Shown: piece after piece, positions 39,158 to 52,100 of the stretch
Layout: each line of letters begins with the position of its first letter
Numbering within the stretch: position 1 is the stretch's first letter
Assembly (NCBI RefSeq): GCF_964355755.1
Contig: NC_092678.1
Location: forward strand, 3,488,422 to 3,552,421
Direction of reading: 5' to 3'
DNA: 64,000 bases
From: Antedon mediterranea
Lineage: Eukaryota; Animalia; Echinodermata
The notes under the pieces: model-generated
Seen by the model: the letters and a program-made list of their open reading frames with translations, nothing else
Database searches by the model: none
Told to the model about the DNA's origin: nothing
Made by a program: the position numbers and the translations under genes

Positions 39158-40869
39158 ACCTTATAGCCTGGAGGTACTTATTAATAACTTAAATGGATAA
39201 TAATTGTAAGGTCTCTTCATAATCCATTGAATTTAGCCTTATCTTTAAATAAATGTCGGGTTTAATTTTGTCTGGATGTTAAACCCTAGACCACCCCTTT
39301 TTACGTGCGTAAAACGTTACTGATAACTTGTTGTGTTCCTCCCTTTGGGACATGAGTTTGCATTACCTTAGCAATAGCAATCGGCAGACGACCGGGTTTT
39401 TGTACGCGCGTACGTCACAACGTTATCGTTATCGTCCTTTTCTTCATTATTTTGAAGATGAAAGTGTTTAATTGGTGCTACTCTCAGGATGCTTAATCCT
39501 TTGGGAAATTACCCATGATTGATGTAATTTCTTTAACATCATTGGTCAATAAAAACACAGAACATTGTAACCATTTCATTTTGTAATGATTTTTAATCAA
39601 TTAGTCACTGGTTATGGTAGTTGTTAATTATTAATGATGTTACACTACCAAGAGTGCTCAGTGCTGTATCTCCACATTTGAATATATTTGTGATCATGGA
39701 AGGTTATGGTATACGACGTAAATAGCTAATAATAAGAATAACAAATGAAGACATTGATGCTAGTTCTTCCAAGATGATGAGATCGAGCTTACATTTGAGT
39801 TTCGTGCCTTTCCAATGCCTTTTGAATGTGTTGACAGTAATATTTACCAAAGTAATTTTCGTAGTTTACCAGCCCATTTCTTTGATTGGAAAGTAAATAG
39901 ATACTTTTCTGATACATTAACGAAAATTAAATACAAGGTACATGACCTCTGCGCGTTGTTTATAGCGAATATTTATTTGTAAAGAGTATTGTATAATACT
40001 CACAAGGATTAATTTCTTGTATTTTAAACTTAAAAACAATTTGATTAGCAGACACAGACTTTCGTTTAAATTCCTGGATGTAGTTTCAAGAATCGTTTTT
40101 GTCTGGCTAAGGTCATTGATTTGTGATTTTAATTAACGAGTAAAATTGTTTACTTAGGACAACTAGTTTTTAACAAGTATCATAACTTTTTGATTGTTTT
40201 GAAACTTTGTTGAAAAAATAAACAAATTAAATTATAATAAAAAGTACATTGGCAGGTGAACTGCTTACAGATAAAAATCATACAATTTCAGTCACTGCAT
40301 TAGATAGTCGTATGAATCTAGCTGTTATATTCGGCTATACTTTTTGTTTAATTAGCATTATTAGAATATTTCTGTTCAGTAGTAAAAATATGTATCATAA
40401 TTTGAGAATATCTGCAGGGACGGATTTTGACCATAAAAGCTCCACCCCTCACTCCCTTTCTGATGCAAACATAAATAAAACTAACAATAAAGATATTGTT
40501 ATTATTTTTATTATAGACTAATTTCTAACCCATATTCTGATTATTCTTTGCTGTAAAAGTCCTCCAATGTCAACCAGTGTAAAATAAACAAAGTCCAATA
40601 ATAACTTTCTTTCTACAGTAATACTCTAAGTTTAATGTTAGATGGCCTAATTATTATTATTGGTGTTGAAATCGATATTTACAGTACAAGTTATAACTTT
40701 ATAACTTTTTCATAGAAAAAGCAAAATTAGAATTGTATTTTCTGTCCTTGATTTAAACGAATACAAAAAAATTGTTTCGTACAAACAATTAATTTAGAAT
40801 GGTTTGCTTCTACTAATACAATTGGTTCTATAATTAAGAAACTAGAGCATTGCGCTAGAATTTGACTAT

Positions 40870-42608
40870 TTAAACGTCTGGTAGTTCAGTTGTGCCAATC
40901 TCTAAGATTTCAACAACAACCACCTCTTCCTCCATCGGTACTTCCGTTGCTTCTTCTTCTTCTATTACTTCCATTGATTCTTCTTCTTCAGGTATTTCCA
41001 CCACAGGTTCTGTTGGACGTTTCTTTTTCTTCGGAATGTCGTCAGGACATCTTCCAGAATGAGCAATCTCTAGTTCCGGAGCGACGCGGCAAGCCCGTCT
41101 TCGAACGGCGCACGCTGTCGTGTAAGTACGTCCGTCTGTCCCACAAACCTTTGACAACTTCGTTCCTGTTTCACATTTTTTCGGACAGTGCTTAACTTCA
41201 ACAACTAAAACACATAATATAACAAACTTTACAAATCCATAGAACAAGAAAAGTCAATCACAACAATTTAAAAACGGGTAATTTTGTCTGACCACCAATT
41301 CCTTAAATTTCGCTCGTTTTCAGTTATGACGTCGAAGGGACAAATGAGTTTAGTTCTGAAGTCATACTCTTCAAGGTAAATTCAAAGTGACTTAGAAGTT
41401 TAAAGTACTTTCATAAGAACAAGCAGTTTCTAAATTTAAACCTTTAGTGTGGTAATTATGTAACAGCAACATGAATAATAGTCCTGCTTCGAGCATATTG
41501 TTAGTTTTAAAATATTTAGATACTAGAATGAAATTTTTGAGTATTAAATACGCGCTTGCTTGTGTGGCGCATAGAGATATTATGTTCACTATAATATCTC
41601 TATGTGTGGAGTCACTTACCTCTGCATTTCCGGTCATGTGCTTTTTCCAGCATAGGCAAATTCATTTTACATTTGCGGCGAAGCAGATGACAGAGATGGC
41701 GATAGTTTCTATGGTCATTTCCACAAATAGGACCGATGCTGGTGGTATTATCTGGACATTTCCTAAGAAGCGATTGGCAATCTAAGTCCATCGGCTCAGC
41801 AGCTAGAATGTATACAATTTGAAACAGTTAATGAATATCATGAAACAAGTAATATTTTGAGTCAAACCATCTTAATTTATTTAAAAAAATATTCATTTTG
41901 AGAATAAATTAGATAATGTAAAAATATGTGTATGTAAACGCGTGGCTCTGCATAAACGGCGTCCCATAATATACGGCATGTCTGCTGCCACCTATAATTC
42001 ATATTGTGACATCGTTTCATTTTAACAACATCTTTATACAGGATTACACAATCAGGTAAAAGAAAACCTGTTTTGCATTGTGGTCCTTTCTTGAATACAA
42101 AAAAATCATGGAAAAAAAGTTTGTTTTGTGGAAAAAAAATGAGATCTGTATCTAGCTTTGAATGAAGTAATTGGTAATTGAATATGTATTTTCAGTTGGT
42201 AGGTTATTCCATATAACTTTGAAGGACGAGTTTATCTTACTAATGGTATAGTAGGGTATTGTTATATTGAATTATATTGTCAATATATATATATGTCAAT
42301 AACATGTAAACTGTATTACTTTAAATGTATGTGTATTGTTTCTGGGGTCTTGAGACAAGAAACTTGATTTCTTCTAGAGAAGACCCCAAATGTTGGCTTA
42401 TTACTATGTTTTCATTTAAATAATGTACACACCTGTATATTATACTGTATAATGCCATTGTTGAACAAATAAATGTTTTTTGAACTTGATCTCATTGACC
42501 ATAAATCATAAAATAACGAATGCCAAATAAGATATAATGAAACTTACCAATACTAATAACAAATGTTACAGATATAAGTAACAGAAGAATATTAGCGAAC
42601 GCCGCCAT
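40870..42608 (-). CDS. Gene D: secreted protein with 2 Kazal domains and a Glu-rich tail, about 192 aa
   Basis: Exons 42608-42548 (MAAFANILLLLISVTFVISI), 41802-41620 (DCQSLLRKCPDN..ICGNDHRNYRHLCHLLRRKC..HDRKC), 41204-40870 (Kazal plus EEEESMEVIEEEE, TAA); 579 nt. Confidence 0.82.
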
Positions 42609-42928
42609 TCTGTCGATAGATACGGAAATAAGTCGAATTAGAATGATTAAAATAATTGTGTAATGTTTTACTATTTATTAAACTAAATTTCCGGTTAAAA
42701 CAATTAATGAATACACAAAGTAATATTTTAATTACGCGATTGTTTGCTATAGTTATTTACTTTTACAAAACAATAACAATGGTTGTAATAAACCATGGGA
42801 AAATAATAATAATAATAATAATAACAATAATAATATTAATAATAATTTGCTTACTGTATCGATTTAAAAATGTATATAACACAGGTAACGGTATTAAAAC
42901 ATGCGCATCATAAAGAAGGTAGTGCAGT

Positions 42929-43135
42929 GGGGCTGTAGCTTGGTGGTTAACGTGCTTGCCTTTCAATCCAGGGTTCATTTCTGACCTAGTGGCAACTCAC
43001 GACTCTTTCAACTCCACTCCCCAAGCCTCAAATGAGACTTAGTTTATAAGCACGATACATTATAAAAGTTTATCTATCCTGTAATTGGCGTGTTTGTGCT
43101 CGCTGTTGGATGCGTATGAAATAACAATAATAATG
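42929..43135 (+). mobile_element. Degenerate tRNA-derived SINE
   Basis: GGGGCTGTAGCTTGGTGGTTAACGTGC (A-box-like head), degenerate GGGTTCA B box and an (AAT)n-like tail. Confidence 0.45.
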
Positions 43136-43490
43136 AAAGAATAAGAAAACCAAAAGGTAAATATATCGAAGACTATGGTATCCGTTACGAAGCGTATCAA
43201 ACTGACGAATTATGTTAAAAGTATAACAAGTAGGATCCTACTTTATTACAGTAGTATTATATATAATTATATAATATCTATATATAATAAAATGAATTGA
43301 AATTACCTTTTATAAGAGAAATATTCAACAATCCAATTAATTACTGTAGAACCACCAGACCTTTAAGATGCCTAAGTCGAGTATGCTCACCCAAAGTTAA
43401 ATTTTCTATTTTAATATCATATTCTTTTCTGCATCATTACACCCAAGTACTTTTGGGTTATTCAAATAGCATGTTAATAACAGTGACGTT

Positions 43491-43802
43491 TGATGGCCTT
43501 TCAATATGACCTTAGGGTAATTTGAGCAACTGCCAAAATTATATATTTTTTTATAATAAAGAAAGGAAATATTAAATACTATTGAAAATGTATACGTAAC
43601 ATTTGTTTACTTAAAAGTCAGGCTAGAGCCAGTATATACGGATTTGTCCCTCTAGATTAGTATAGGCCTACTGTAGGCCTATGTTGATGGCCTTTCAATA
43701 TGACCTTAGGATAATTTGAGCAACTGCCCCAAAATTATATATTTTTTTATAATAAGAAAGGAAATATTAAATACTATTGAAAATGTATACGTAACATTTG
43801 TT
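43491..43802. repeat. Direct duplication of about 115 bp
   Basis: 43491-43607 is nearly identical to 43685-43802. Confidence 0.85.
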
Positions 43803-44776
43803 ACCATCAACTGGTTACATCATACACTAAATTACGTAGCCTTATATATACTGTTGGTAAATTGTTTTCCTTAATTGACATTGCATACGTATGGCAGTTT
43901 GTATTTGCATAAGATACATGTATGATTTTTCATTACCATAATTACCAGTGACTAGGCTACAACATGTGTCCTTGTTTAGCCACCGTTAAATAAGGAAGAG
44001 TGAATCTTCCTTTCATAAGGGTGTTGAATGCTTAAATTGTATCTGGGCACATTAACGTGAGTGGGGTGCCAAATTGAGGTTAAAGAGAAGTAAAGTATAC
44101 TGTAATGTAAGTAGTATTTGTGCGAAATTATATCACATTGTTCGACAAGTACTGTGTATGATAAGAAGACATTTAACCCAGGAACTAATGGGTAAGTATT
44201 GTAATCACAATCGAATGAAACTGCCAATTGATTATGTTCTGATCCACCCACGTTACCCTGTGCCCCATTTCCATCCTGGTTTTCACGAAATGGAATATAT
44301 TCCCGGTTGCATAACAACATTCCAGCTACGTGTATACACTAGGCATACTCGTTGACCCAAATACACAGCGTGTGAACTGTATCACCGGATCCTGCTTTCA
44401 CAATTTCTTCCTCAAACAATTTATCCCTGGAGATTTTCCAAACGTATTGAAAAATAATTTGTCATGTATGCTAAAATTGGTTTTTCTGTTGCCTGTTTTT
44501 GTTTTTACTGTCCCATAATTATTTTGATTTTAATTATGATCGTACATTTTGTGGAGAGCGGCAGATTTCATCCTGACAACACACAAAATGATATATTTGA
44601 CAATACACACAATGCAATATTAATAATGTTTTTATTTGTATCAATATCTTACTTAGTTTATTTACTGGTAAAGTATTTCAATTCTTTAAATAATCTTTAC
44701 TAGGAGGCAACGATTCATACAGAATGTTTGTTTTTGATGACTTTATTTAAAATTGTACAAGTACAAAATATATCGT

Positions 44777-47332
44777 TCAATGATTTCTGTAAAAGAAATC
44801 ATAATCAACTAGATTTGCTTTCATGTATTTATCACGAATTCTTAACCTTTTACATTTCTTCCGCTTCTTTCTTAATCCTAACACCACGTGACAGTCTCCT
44901 TTGTATGCTATGTGTAAGTTGTTGTTGAAGAAACATTTTGCTTGTTGGAATGCGCACATGTTTGGAAATGTAGTAAAGTATAACCCGTTTGTCGCACATA
45001 TGACGTTATTGTAATCGGTACAAGCTAAGTTGCATAACAGTGCTGGTTCTGAAATAGAAACATCAATAAATATTGATAATCATAATGATATTGAACTATT
45101 GTGTAATTGTATAAGTTACTGTTGCTGTTATTATTATTAGTCTTGATATTCGTATTGATATTATTATTATTACTGATACTTATTTTTATTTATTATATAG
45201 GCTTATGCCTAGTGATTGATATTTATTAGTGATTCCGTTTATTGATAATGTTAGTGATATCGTACTTATATTTCCATTATGTGGTGTGATGCGGTATCCT
45301 TGCTATTTCTTTAAAGATGTATTGTCCCCCAAAAACATGATTAATTATTAAGATTAATTAAATCAGACTCTGAATAGGTTATTTTGTAGTTTTAATAAAG
45401 TTAATCCCTTCCGTAAAAATTAAAAGAAAAATGTTTTCTTTTTTGAACTGACAAAATAAATGGTAAAATTCAACCAAAAAACCATTGGCTGGCAGCCAAT
45501 TTGATTATTATTATTATTACATTTTTTCAGGTAAATAATTGTTTTTCGGTTCAATTTTTTTTCAAAGTGGATAACTATTATGTGACATTAAAATGGCATA
45601 TGGCATAACAAACACAAATTAAATTTTTTCAAGGGGGCAATATATCTGTAAGAAACCAATACAAATACAATTTTATAAAATATAAATATATCAAATTGCA
45701 GGTGTCCCTTACTGATTGGGCCATCGAGAAGAAGTTCAAGGATTTTGTAAAATATTTGACGATCTAATTATAAATATCAAAGATTCAGGAAACGTACCAC
45801 AAAACCTGCTACTGTTTTCGGTACTATTTTCGTACGCAATAATGTATTAATTACTAATTCACAAGTAATTCAAGGAAGTCACCTTTGAATTGTTATCTTG
45901 TTGAAACTATATAACTTCCTGTTTAGGCCACTGCTATGAAATTTTATACCAAATCATAATTATTTTTGAAAATTGTTGTCACGAATGGTATGAATTGTTA
46001 TTTTTTAAAAGTTCAAGTAACTTTAGTTCAGTAGTTATGATTTATATTTATTATACCGTCTTGTGAAAATATACAGTTTCCCGTGTAGGCAACTCGCAAT
46101 GTGTAGTCGTGCGTAATACAGGCCACCACTCGTAGTACGCAAGCGGATGAATACGTTACTCCATCAACTCCACAAACAGGTGCTGATTCCAGTGGACACT
46201 CTTCCAGACATGCTTCGGTCGTGGGACCTGGGAATACTAGGATAATATGATATATAGATTTACCATAAAAATACAAATAGTTTATAAGCAAATAGGTTGT
46301 ATGATTTTGGTGAACAATTTTGTATGATTTTGATGAACAATTTTTGTTTTCTCACAAGGAAATATGATATCACTGTAAAGTGTGTTTTTGTGTGTATGAT
46401 GTAATTTAAAATACGAAATATAATAAAATAGTTACCTGGTGGTACTAGTTCAGTAGGAGGAGGCAGAGGTGGAGAAGTGACTGGTCTGGAGCCTAGTCCT
46501 GGTCGAGCACCACCACGAGATGGGGGTCGTAATGGTGGTTTCATAGGTCCCCACGGTCTTGAAGGAAAGCGTGATGGTTTATCTTCCCTTGACTCTGATT
46601 CTTCTTCCGATGATGAAGATTCAGTTTCCTTAGTGTCATACGACAATCCGGGATACGACGAATATCGTCCCCATGATGAATAATCACTAAAATCGTCATC
46701 ATTTTCTTCACTATCACACAATCTTAATATATCTAAAACTATAGTTGTAAAATAAATTATTATATAAATGTATATACAAAATATATACGTACGTTGAAGC
46801 TTCTTTACAGTGACACAGTGTTATTGAAACGTGTTTTTATAATGCTATACTTTAATTCAATTCAATTGTAGCACGTTATACTAGTAGGGAATTGTGTCAG
46901 TAGGCCCTATACCCTAGTAAAATTTGATAAACATTATGCATTAAGATTTATTATCTAGTAATCCATCCCCAAGATAAAGTTTATAGGTTATGGAATTTTT
47001 CAGTAATTCTGTTATTATTGTGAACTTTATTTTGACCTTCATGTGTACATTCCAGGCCACTGATTGGTTACCGAAATTCACTTTACACACCCATCATCAC
47101 CACTTATCTGACTTTTTTGGCACAACCTTTAAATAGTTTGGTAGGTGACTTAAACACGTGACTATAACGTCACATAATTGTCGATTGGAATAATTTCAAT
47201 TTTTTAAATTTTTTAATGTGATTTATTTTTAATTAAGCAAAACTTACTTGATCGTCTTCTGCGTGTTTCGATTTCTGGTAGTATTACAGAACATATCAAG
47301 AACAAGATCAACACTTTTCCAGAGTTTTCCAT
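44777..47332 (-). CDS. Gene C: secreted acidic/Pro-Arg-rich protein with 2 Kazal-like domains and a basic tail, about 274 aa
   Basis: Exons 47332-47248 (MENSGKVLILFLICSVILPEIETRRRRS), 46732-46436 (DSEENDDD, ESSSSEEESES, PSRPWGP), 46227-46057 (Kazal), 45048-44777 (divergent Kazal CNLAC..ICATNG..FPNMC..C..YKGDC, then RKKRKKCKRLR). Phase-1 introns; 825 nt. Confidence 0.8.
45311..45651. mobile_element. MITE / non-autonomous DNA transposon
   Basis: TIRs TTAAAGATGTATTGTCCCCC ... GGGGGCAATATATCTGTAA; related fragments near 11895-11990 and 55120-55260. Confidence 0.65.
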
Positions 47333-49151
47333 TTTCTACAACATTCAAGACTTGTGCAGCAGATCCGAGGTCTTCGCAATTGCTGCCAAAATTATCAACG
47401 AAATAGATGTGAAGAAAACTCACCACCAAGATCAGGGACTGATCGCTGTATGAATTACTAAGAGCACAATTCCTAAAGGCATCCTCAGCAGCAAAACGTC
47501 AGAATATTTTATCATACGAGCATATTAAAAGACCATATAATACTGTGCATAAACAAGATTAATCTTCTTATGAATAAGTGATCAAAAGCAACAGTACAAT
47601 AAATTGTAGCACTTGTTGATCCGAAGTGCCCAAAAGCAGCAGTAGGACTAGTTAAAGATCTTCAAACATCAAACTGGAAACGAGCAAAAGAATGAAGTCA
47701 ACTTTCAGATGATTCAAATGTATGATGTAATGTGTTAATGCAAGTTGGATTTGTTGAAATGCGTAGTTCAATCATTCAGATGTTACGATATTGTCACTGT
47801 CATACTTCCTATGCCTTTTCCTTCTCCAGATCTCACTGCTTGGTGGTGATTTACTCGAAAATGTATTGTAATTAATGGGAGTTTTTAGAATTCTATGACC
47901 TTATTTATTAACTATTATTACTCATTTGAGTTTAATACAAGTTGATCGCAATTTAACATTCTATAAAGTTAATCGTGAATGCAAGTTTAAAATAACTAAA
48001 TTATAGTCGTATAACGTGAGAGCGATAAATTAATTACGTCTTAATCCAATTCATGCTAAAATCTTGTACTTATGGCTCAAGTTTCAACAGTATTTCATTT
48101 CAGAGAATGTAGGTTTTAAAGAACATTATTTGTCAACATCCCATGTGGCTTCTGCTATTGCATTAGCAACAGTATTAACGATGTTGTATTCAGTGGGTAT
48201 CCCAAAGCGTAGGCTTGTAGAAATCGTAGATATTTCAAAACCATGTTCCTTCCTTCCTTAGTGACCTGATTTTATGTTTCTGGTTCGCTAGACAGAAATT
48301 CAGCACAATGTACAAGCAATTACCGTATTTGTGGTTTCAAACAAATGTATCAAAGCAGTTAAAGTTGCCTAGTAGCAAAACAAAACTTTTAAATGTTCAC
48401 GAGAAAGAAGGACACAGGAAATGAAGAAAAGATATAAATAACATTACTCGTTGAACGGAAATATATAAATGACTGTTGTAGACGAAGGCTCCAGTGTACT
48501 TATAATGTGATAAGGAAACTATAATTGAATACCTTAAACACACACTTTTGTAAAAAACAGTATTTTTTTTAACATTTCTTAAAGTTATTTTATTATAAAT
48601 GTATATCAATATCATATCTAATAGTATAGCCCGAAAAAAAAAGAACTGTTAGTTTGTTGAACTTTGATTATACGTGTTCTACTTTCATGTTGAAATTGAA
48701 CTGTAATCCTCTATTTCTTGTAAGGTATTTATATTCAATCCGGGTGTTAAAAGCAGGTCATAGACGAGTATAACACATTACATGCGATATACAAATTATT
48801 GTTGTATTTACTATTATGACATTTCAGAAATATGTAGAAAATATTAAACACAAAAAGTTTATTTCACTTTTTGAATAATCTTTGTATTACCTAAGTTATT
48901 AGGTTCGTGTCAAATGGGGAAAACAAGTGGGCCAATCCTGAGTAATTATATAATCCTTGAATTAAAAATAACGCATTAGTTATCAATTAATTACCAACCA
49001 CCCTCTTCATCGTGTTAAATGAGTCAGGGATTTTCATTCAGTGACGTCATAACGTTCAGAAAAATAATTACAATCAGAATTAATTATTTTATCGAGTATT
49101 TTAAACATCTATACATTGTATATACATTAAGTAAAATAGGTCCTGAAATAG

Positions 49152-52100
49152 TTACTGTAAGTCTTCAATTTCGGACTTTAAGAATGCAAGTTCTTTCAAA
49201 ATGTTAGATAGTGCTTCGGTTAGTTCGCTAGCCAAGAGAGTCAACCTGTCGATAGTGTTATTGAGTTCGTTAATCTCTTCAGGTACTGCTTCTGTTAGAT
49301 CACCTACAGTTGTTTTAGGAGGGCAGAATGTGTTTTCTGGGCAGTCGTCTTCTTCTGTGGGTGTGGGTGTGGGTGTGATTGTTACTTCAGGAGTTAAGGT
49401 GACTACAGATAAGGTAGTTAAAGAGGCAGTGGGTTTGGTTGTTTTACTTTCTGATTCGGTTTGTTGGAAGTCTGTCTTTACAGTTGTTGGGTTAAACGTT
49501 GTCGACTGGGTTGTTGGTGGTATTTGCGATTTCTTTGGTTTCTTTGTACACTTTCCTGTGTATGCTACAGTTACATCTGTTCTCAGTAAGCATGACTTTC
49601 GTCTTAGCCCACAAGCAGAATTGTAAGTTACTCCATCACTTCCACATACTCGGTCCGCTTTTTTAGGGATTGGGCATTTTTCGCCGCAATCTTTGGCTAA
49701 AAATTGGAAATAGTAATTATTAAGTTTTTTATCTCTCAGTGTTTCAATTGTTACCCTTTGAGCATACTTAGTTGAGACTTTGCAGTTATGAATTTCCTGG
49801 CCTTGTGGAAAACTAAAAATGAACTATTAACTTACGTGTAGGCCGGAGCGTAGTGGTTTTGGTTGCTTCAGATGTAGGCTTTTCTTCTGTCGTTTTATCG
49901 GAACTTGCTGGTGTAAATGTTGGCATCGGCGATGTGATTTTATTGTTGTCGTCTGCTGGACTTTCAGACGTAGGTTCAGTAGGTTCAGTGGTCGGTTCAA
50001 CCCCTGAAGTTGATATGGGTTCACCAGCAGTCGTTGGAGATGATGTTGGTTCCTGGTCGGTTTGTTCCTGTTTCGTTGGATCCGGATTAGTTAGTTCCTG
50101 GTTAGTTGGATCTACTGAGTCTAGATTGATTGGATCCGGATTAGCTGAATCCTGATTATTTGGATCCTGATTGGTTGGATTCACTGTGTCTTCCTGTTCG
50201 TTTTCTTTACTCTCTGATTCAGAATCATCGTTGTCATCTGGTGCATTGGTTGATCTAACCACTGGTCGTACCTTAAGGCATCTTCCTTTATGCACCACTG
50301 CGACGTTTCTATTCGCTTCGCATGCACGTTTTCTCAGTAAACATTCAGATTGGTACGTTTCTCCATCAGTACCACACACTCGATCTCGTTTCTGTGGTTT
50401 TGGACATTTCCTTTTACATTTTGGTTTACCTATACGCAAAAAGGAAAAAGCCCAAAATATATATTAGTAGATCAAACAGTATAAAACAGTAAGATACTGC
50501 TTATAGTTTTTCGATTATGTCGGACTACTGAAACATTTCCTTTATATTGCATGGTCTATCTGAAGTTACACTTCTAATGTATATATTTCTTAACATTGTT
50601 GTCAATATAAATTCTCTTTATTTTAAAGAATATTTCAAACGTCATTTCTGGAATAGTTTCTGAATAGTTTATTTTTAGAACTTGCTATAATATGGTTTAA
50701 CCCAATCATCAGTATGTTAGTAATGGTGCATGGTCTATCTGAAGTTATACTTCCAATAAATATATTTTTTTAACATTGTTGTTAATAAAATTCTCTTAAA
50801 TTAAACGTAATTCTGAGAATAGTTTTTGAGTATTTTCAAAACTCGCCATTACGGTTTAACCCAAACATCATTATGTTAGTTAATCTATTGTTAGTTAGTT
50901 AGCCTTATTTCTGTAAATGTATAAAAAGACTATATTAATTGAGTGAAGAGACCGAAAGACTCCACGTTAATAGAGATAGTTTGTCAAGGTTCATGAGGTC
51001 ACAATTTGCACTTAATTGAGGCCATGTTTAATTGTAGTTGAATTGTTTCCAAATTGCTAATTTGTGACAAAGCATTTCTTAATTTTATAAATATCTATGT
51101 AGCTAGGATGTAAACCACCAGGCCCAGATACATTCATGTTCAGGTTCACATCCGTTCGACGATATGAATATTAATAACTAAATAATAAATATAATAAATA
51201 AGTATGCATAATTATAGTAGATATATATATATAACTCTAACTTATTACAGTACTTTTCGAGTAGGCCTCGATTTTTTTTAGCGTCACACGAATATGTTCG
51301 TACATGCAATGGTAAAGGATTATTTTTAATCAGTACTGTATTTTAACAATGGAAACTCCAAACTGAAATCACAATATTGAAATAATAATATATTATTATA
51401 TTTATTTTCAGAAATGCGAATTGCAGTACTGTTTTAATATTTTACGATCAAATGGAAGGAAACTGTTTTAGCAACAACCTGTAGCTCTCGTGAAGGTAAG
51501 GATGTGTCTTTTATCGTACTGTTTGATATATTTTATTTACTATGTTTCATGGTGTTAATTTAAGCAACCAAGATTTCGTACAAATAATGGTGACCCTAGG
51601 CCTAGAGTTTCCTTTGTTTTTTTTTAGTTGGCTTACTTTTAATCGGTTCTTTTCGGCCTGATGGGGTTCCCCTTGGGCCTACGATTTCATAATTTCTAAA
51701 CTTCAATGGTTGCCTTTCTATATCGTTAATACATCTGCCTCGGTATTCAATAATCAAACGGACACCTTTCAGACAGCTGAGTCTCCGCAGAAAGCAAGCA
51801 GAGATGTACGTTTGTCCGTTTTTGGCGCAGACAAAATCGGCTACAGTCGGTTGAGGGCACTGTTCACAATCATCTTGACATTAAATATATCAATGTTTAG
51901 TGATTATTGTTATACTATAATTATATAATAAGATAAGATATTTCGGTAGTAGGAATTTAGTCAATACAATCAAAATATTCCAATATTCTTTTAAGTGTTC
52001 ATCATTAGGCCTACATTATAATAAAACAAATAATTACCGTCGGAGCCTTCTCTTTCATCCGGACGTACGATTGTTGGGGTGACTGGTAATCCAATTTCGT

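Noticed and set aside
41205-41247. MFYGFVKFVILCVL as a signal peptide of a single-exon gene
   Set aside because: It starts at TTG and lies in the acceptor region; the real signal exon is at 42548-42608.
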